DNA of 64,000 nt from a bacterium (GTDB lineage: Bacteria; SM23-31), in contig OZ252239.1 in assembly GCA_965249485.1 (NCBI GenBank), forward strand, positions 1,600,001 through 1,664,000, read 5' to 3'. The notes below the pieces were generated by a model. That model was not told where the DNA came from, did no database searches, and saw only the letters and a list, made by a program, of their open reading frames with translations. The translations under genes were made by a program, and so were the position numbers. Shown here piece after piece: positions 62,769-64,000 of the stretch. Each line of letters starts with the position of its first letter. The stretch's first letter is position 1.

Positions 62769-64000
62769 TTATTCTTGACCGGGTGGAACGTGGCGGGGAA
62801 CAAATATCCTACTATCGTCGACGACGATGTATCCGTCACGGATGACCATGTCCGTATTTGCAAGGTCGCCGAGATTAACATCCGGTCTGCCATCGATCAC
62901 AATGATATCTGCAAGCTTTCCGGGTTCTATTGTTCCAAGCTTATCATCCATATCGAGGATTTCTGCACCTGTCTTCGTGGCAGCAACAAGAGCTTCCGTA
63001 ATGGTATACCCTCCCTCGACAAAAAACTCTAATTCCTCTATATAGATATTGGGAAAAGAAATAACATCCATTCCCTCATCAATTCCAATTCCCATTTTTA
63101 TTCCAGCACGTTTCTGTTTCCGGAATAACTCCATCAATGATTCTCTTGTAACCGTATATCTGTTCGTAGAACCGCCAAATTCTCCGCCTTCCTCGTCTTG
63201 TGATCTCATAAAAGTCATAATTGTCGGAACAGATTCTGTACCGTTTTCCGCCATTAATCTGATCGCTTCTTCGGAGCGGGGTTGCAGGTGCTCAATACAG
63301 TCTATACCCGCTTCAACCGCCCATTGAACATAGAAAGCCTCTGAATCGGTTGTTACCTTCATTCCAAGAGCGTGAGCTTCTTCAACAGCTGCCTTGATCT
63401 CATCACGGCTAAAGTGACTGGCAGTTTTGATAAGAACAGCGCCTTTGTTGAATTGCTCCCGTACTGCTTTCCGCCATTCATCAGGACCATCAACTGCCCG
63501 TTCTGCATTGACAAGCGGGTTGTCCATGTGTCTTCCCTCGGTTCCATGACCCCCCGTTGAGGTAATTTGCTGACCGGCAGGAAAAACCCGGGGACTTGGT
63601 ATTCTATTTTCAGAAGCAAATTCCTTTATTCGGAATGGTATATCTCCGTGTGATGCAAGGTCCCGAATGCTTGTTATACCGCTTTCAATATACCAGCGCA
63701 TACGTTCCACGGATTTAAGCGTATTTATTGCTTCGTTTGATAGAACTGTCGGGCCGCTCAAACGACCTGCTTCCGTCATATGTTCATGGAGAGATATTAA
63801 TCCCGGCATTACAGTTTTCCCATCAACATCGATCACGTGAGCATCCCGGTGCCATGCTCTAGAACCGGGCGGAAGTATTTCTTTGATTTTGTTCCGTTCA
63901 ATGACAATAGATCCATTACGAACCGCTGCACCAGTCCCGTCAAAAATCCGTCCGCCTGTTATCACCAATGTACCTTCGGGACCATTCTGCCCCGGGGGCA
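62769..64000 (-). CDS. Amidohydrolase-superfamily protein; paralog C (5' end beyond window)
   Basis: Frame is open to the window end (PPGQNGPEGTLVITGG); MPGLISLHEH, LIKT, IEH and GID motifs. Confidence 0.88.
   Translation of the reverse strand, partial: PPGQNGPEGTLVITGGRIFDGTGAAVRNGSIVIERNKIKEILPPGSRAWHRDAHVIDVDGKTVMPGLISLHEHMTEAGRLSGPTVLSNEAINTLKSVERMRWYIESGITSIRDLASHGDIPFRIKEFASENRIPSPRVFPAGQQITSTGGHGTEGRHMDNPLVNAERAVDGPDEWRKAVREQFNKGAVLIKTASHFSRDEIKAAVEEAHALGMKVTTDSEAFYVQWAVEAGIDCIEHLQPRSEEAIRLMAENGTESVPTIMTFMRSQDEEGGEFGGSTNRYTVTRESLMELFRKQKRAGIKMGIGIDEGMDVISFPNIYIEELEFFVEGGYTITEALVAATKTGAEILDMDDKLGTIEPGKLADIIVIDGRPDVNLGDLANTDMVIRDGYIVVDDSRIFVPRHVPPGQE

Noticed and set aside
1..64000. rRNA, tRNA (including tRNA-Sec), CRISPR arrays, sel genes, prophage or defence genes
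   Set aside because: None recognised by eye. A tRNAscan or Infernal run would be needed to formally exclude small RNAs.

Overview
Bacterial window, probably from an FCB-superphylum-type lineage (inferred from a FlgD-Ig/T9SS-like C-terminal domain, DUF2911, a DUF6029-like protein and a PIG-L/SSS cluster). It is dominated by exported hydrolases (M28, M14, five M24 paralogs, three amidohydrolase paralogs, GH43), a galM-galT-galK-SSS operon, a TPM/nucleotidyltransferase/LemA cluster and an IorAB-like molybdoenzyme. There are two sigma54-associated signalling loci. One is a partly decayed NtrC-Hpt-CheY-CheX locus. The other is an AT-rich HDOD/PAS-kinase/REC-CheA operon without chemoreceptors, bordered by an IS3-like remnant. 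The top finding is a hidden selenoprotein that the ORF track splits in two. ORF 10816..12264 reads through an in-frame TGA (12262-12264) that forms a W-U-P-I-C thioredoxin motif, followed by a SECIS-like hairpin. The result is a 692-aa exported LVIVD-propeller/Ig/redoxin/FlgD-Ig protein, which heads an operon with two Cys-containing TlpA paralogs and a DUF6029-like outer-membrane protein carrying a C-terminal Cys pair. Six small frameshifts in otherwise intact genes look like indel sequencing errors. I saw no rRNA, tRNA or CRISPR array. All family calls come from motif recognition; no database search was run.
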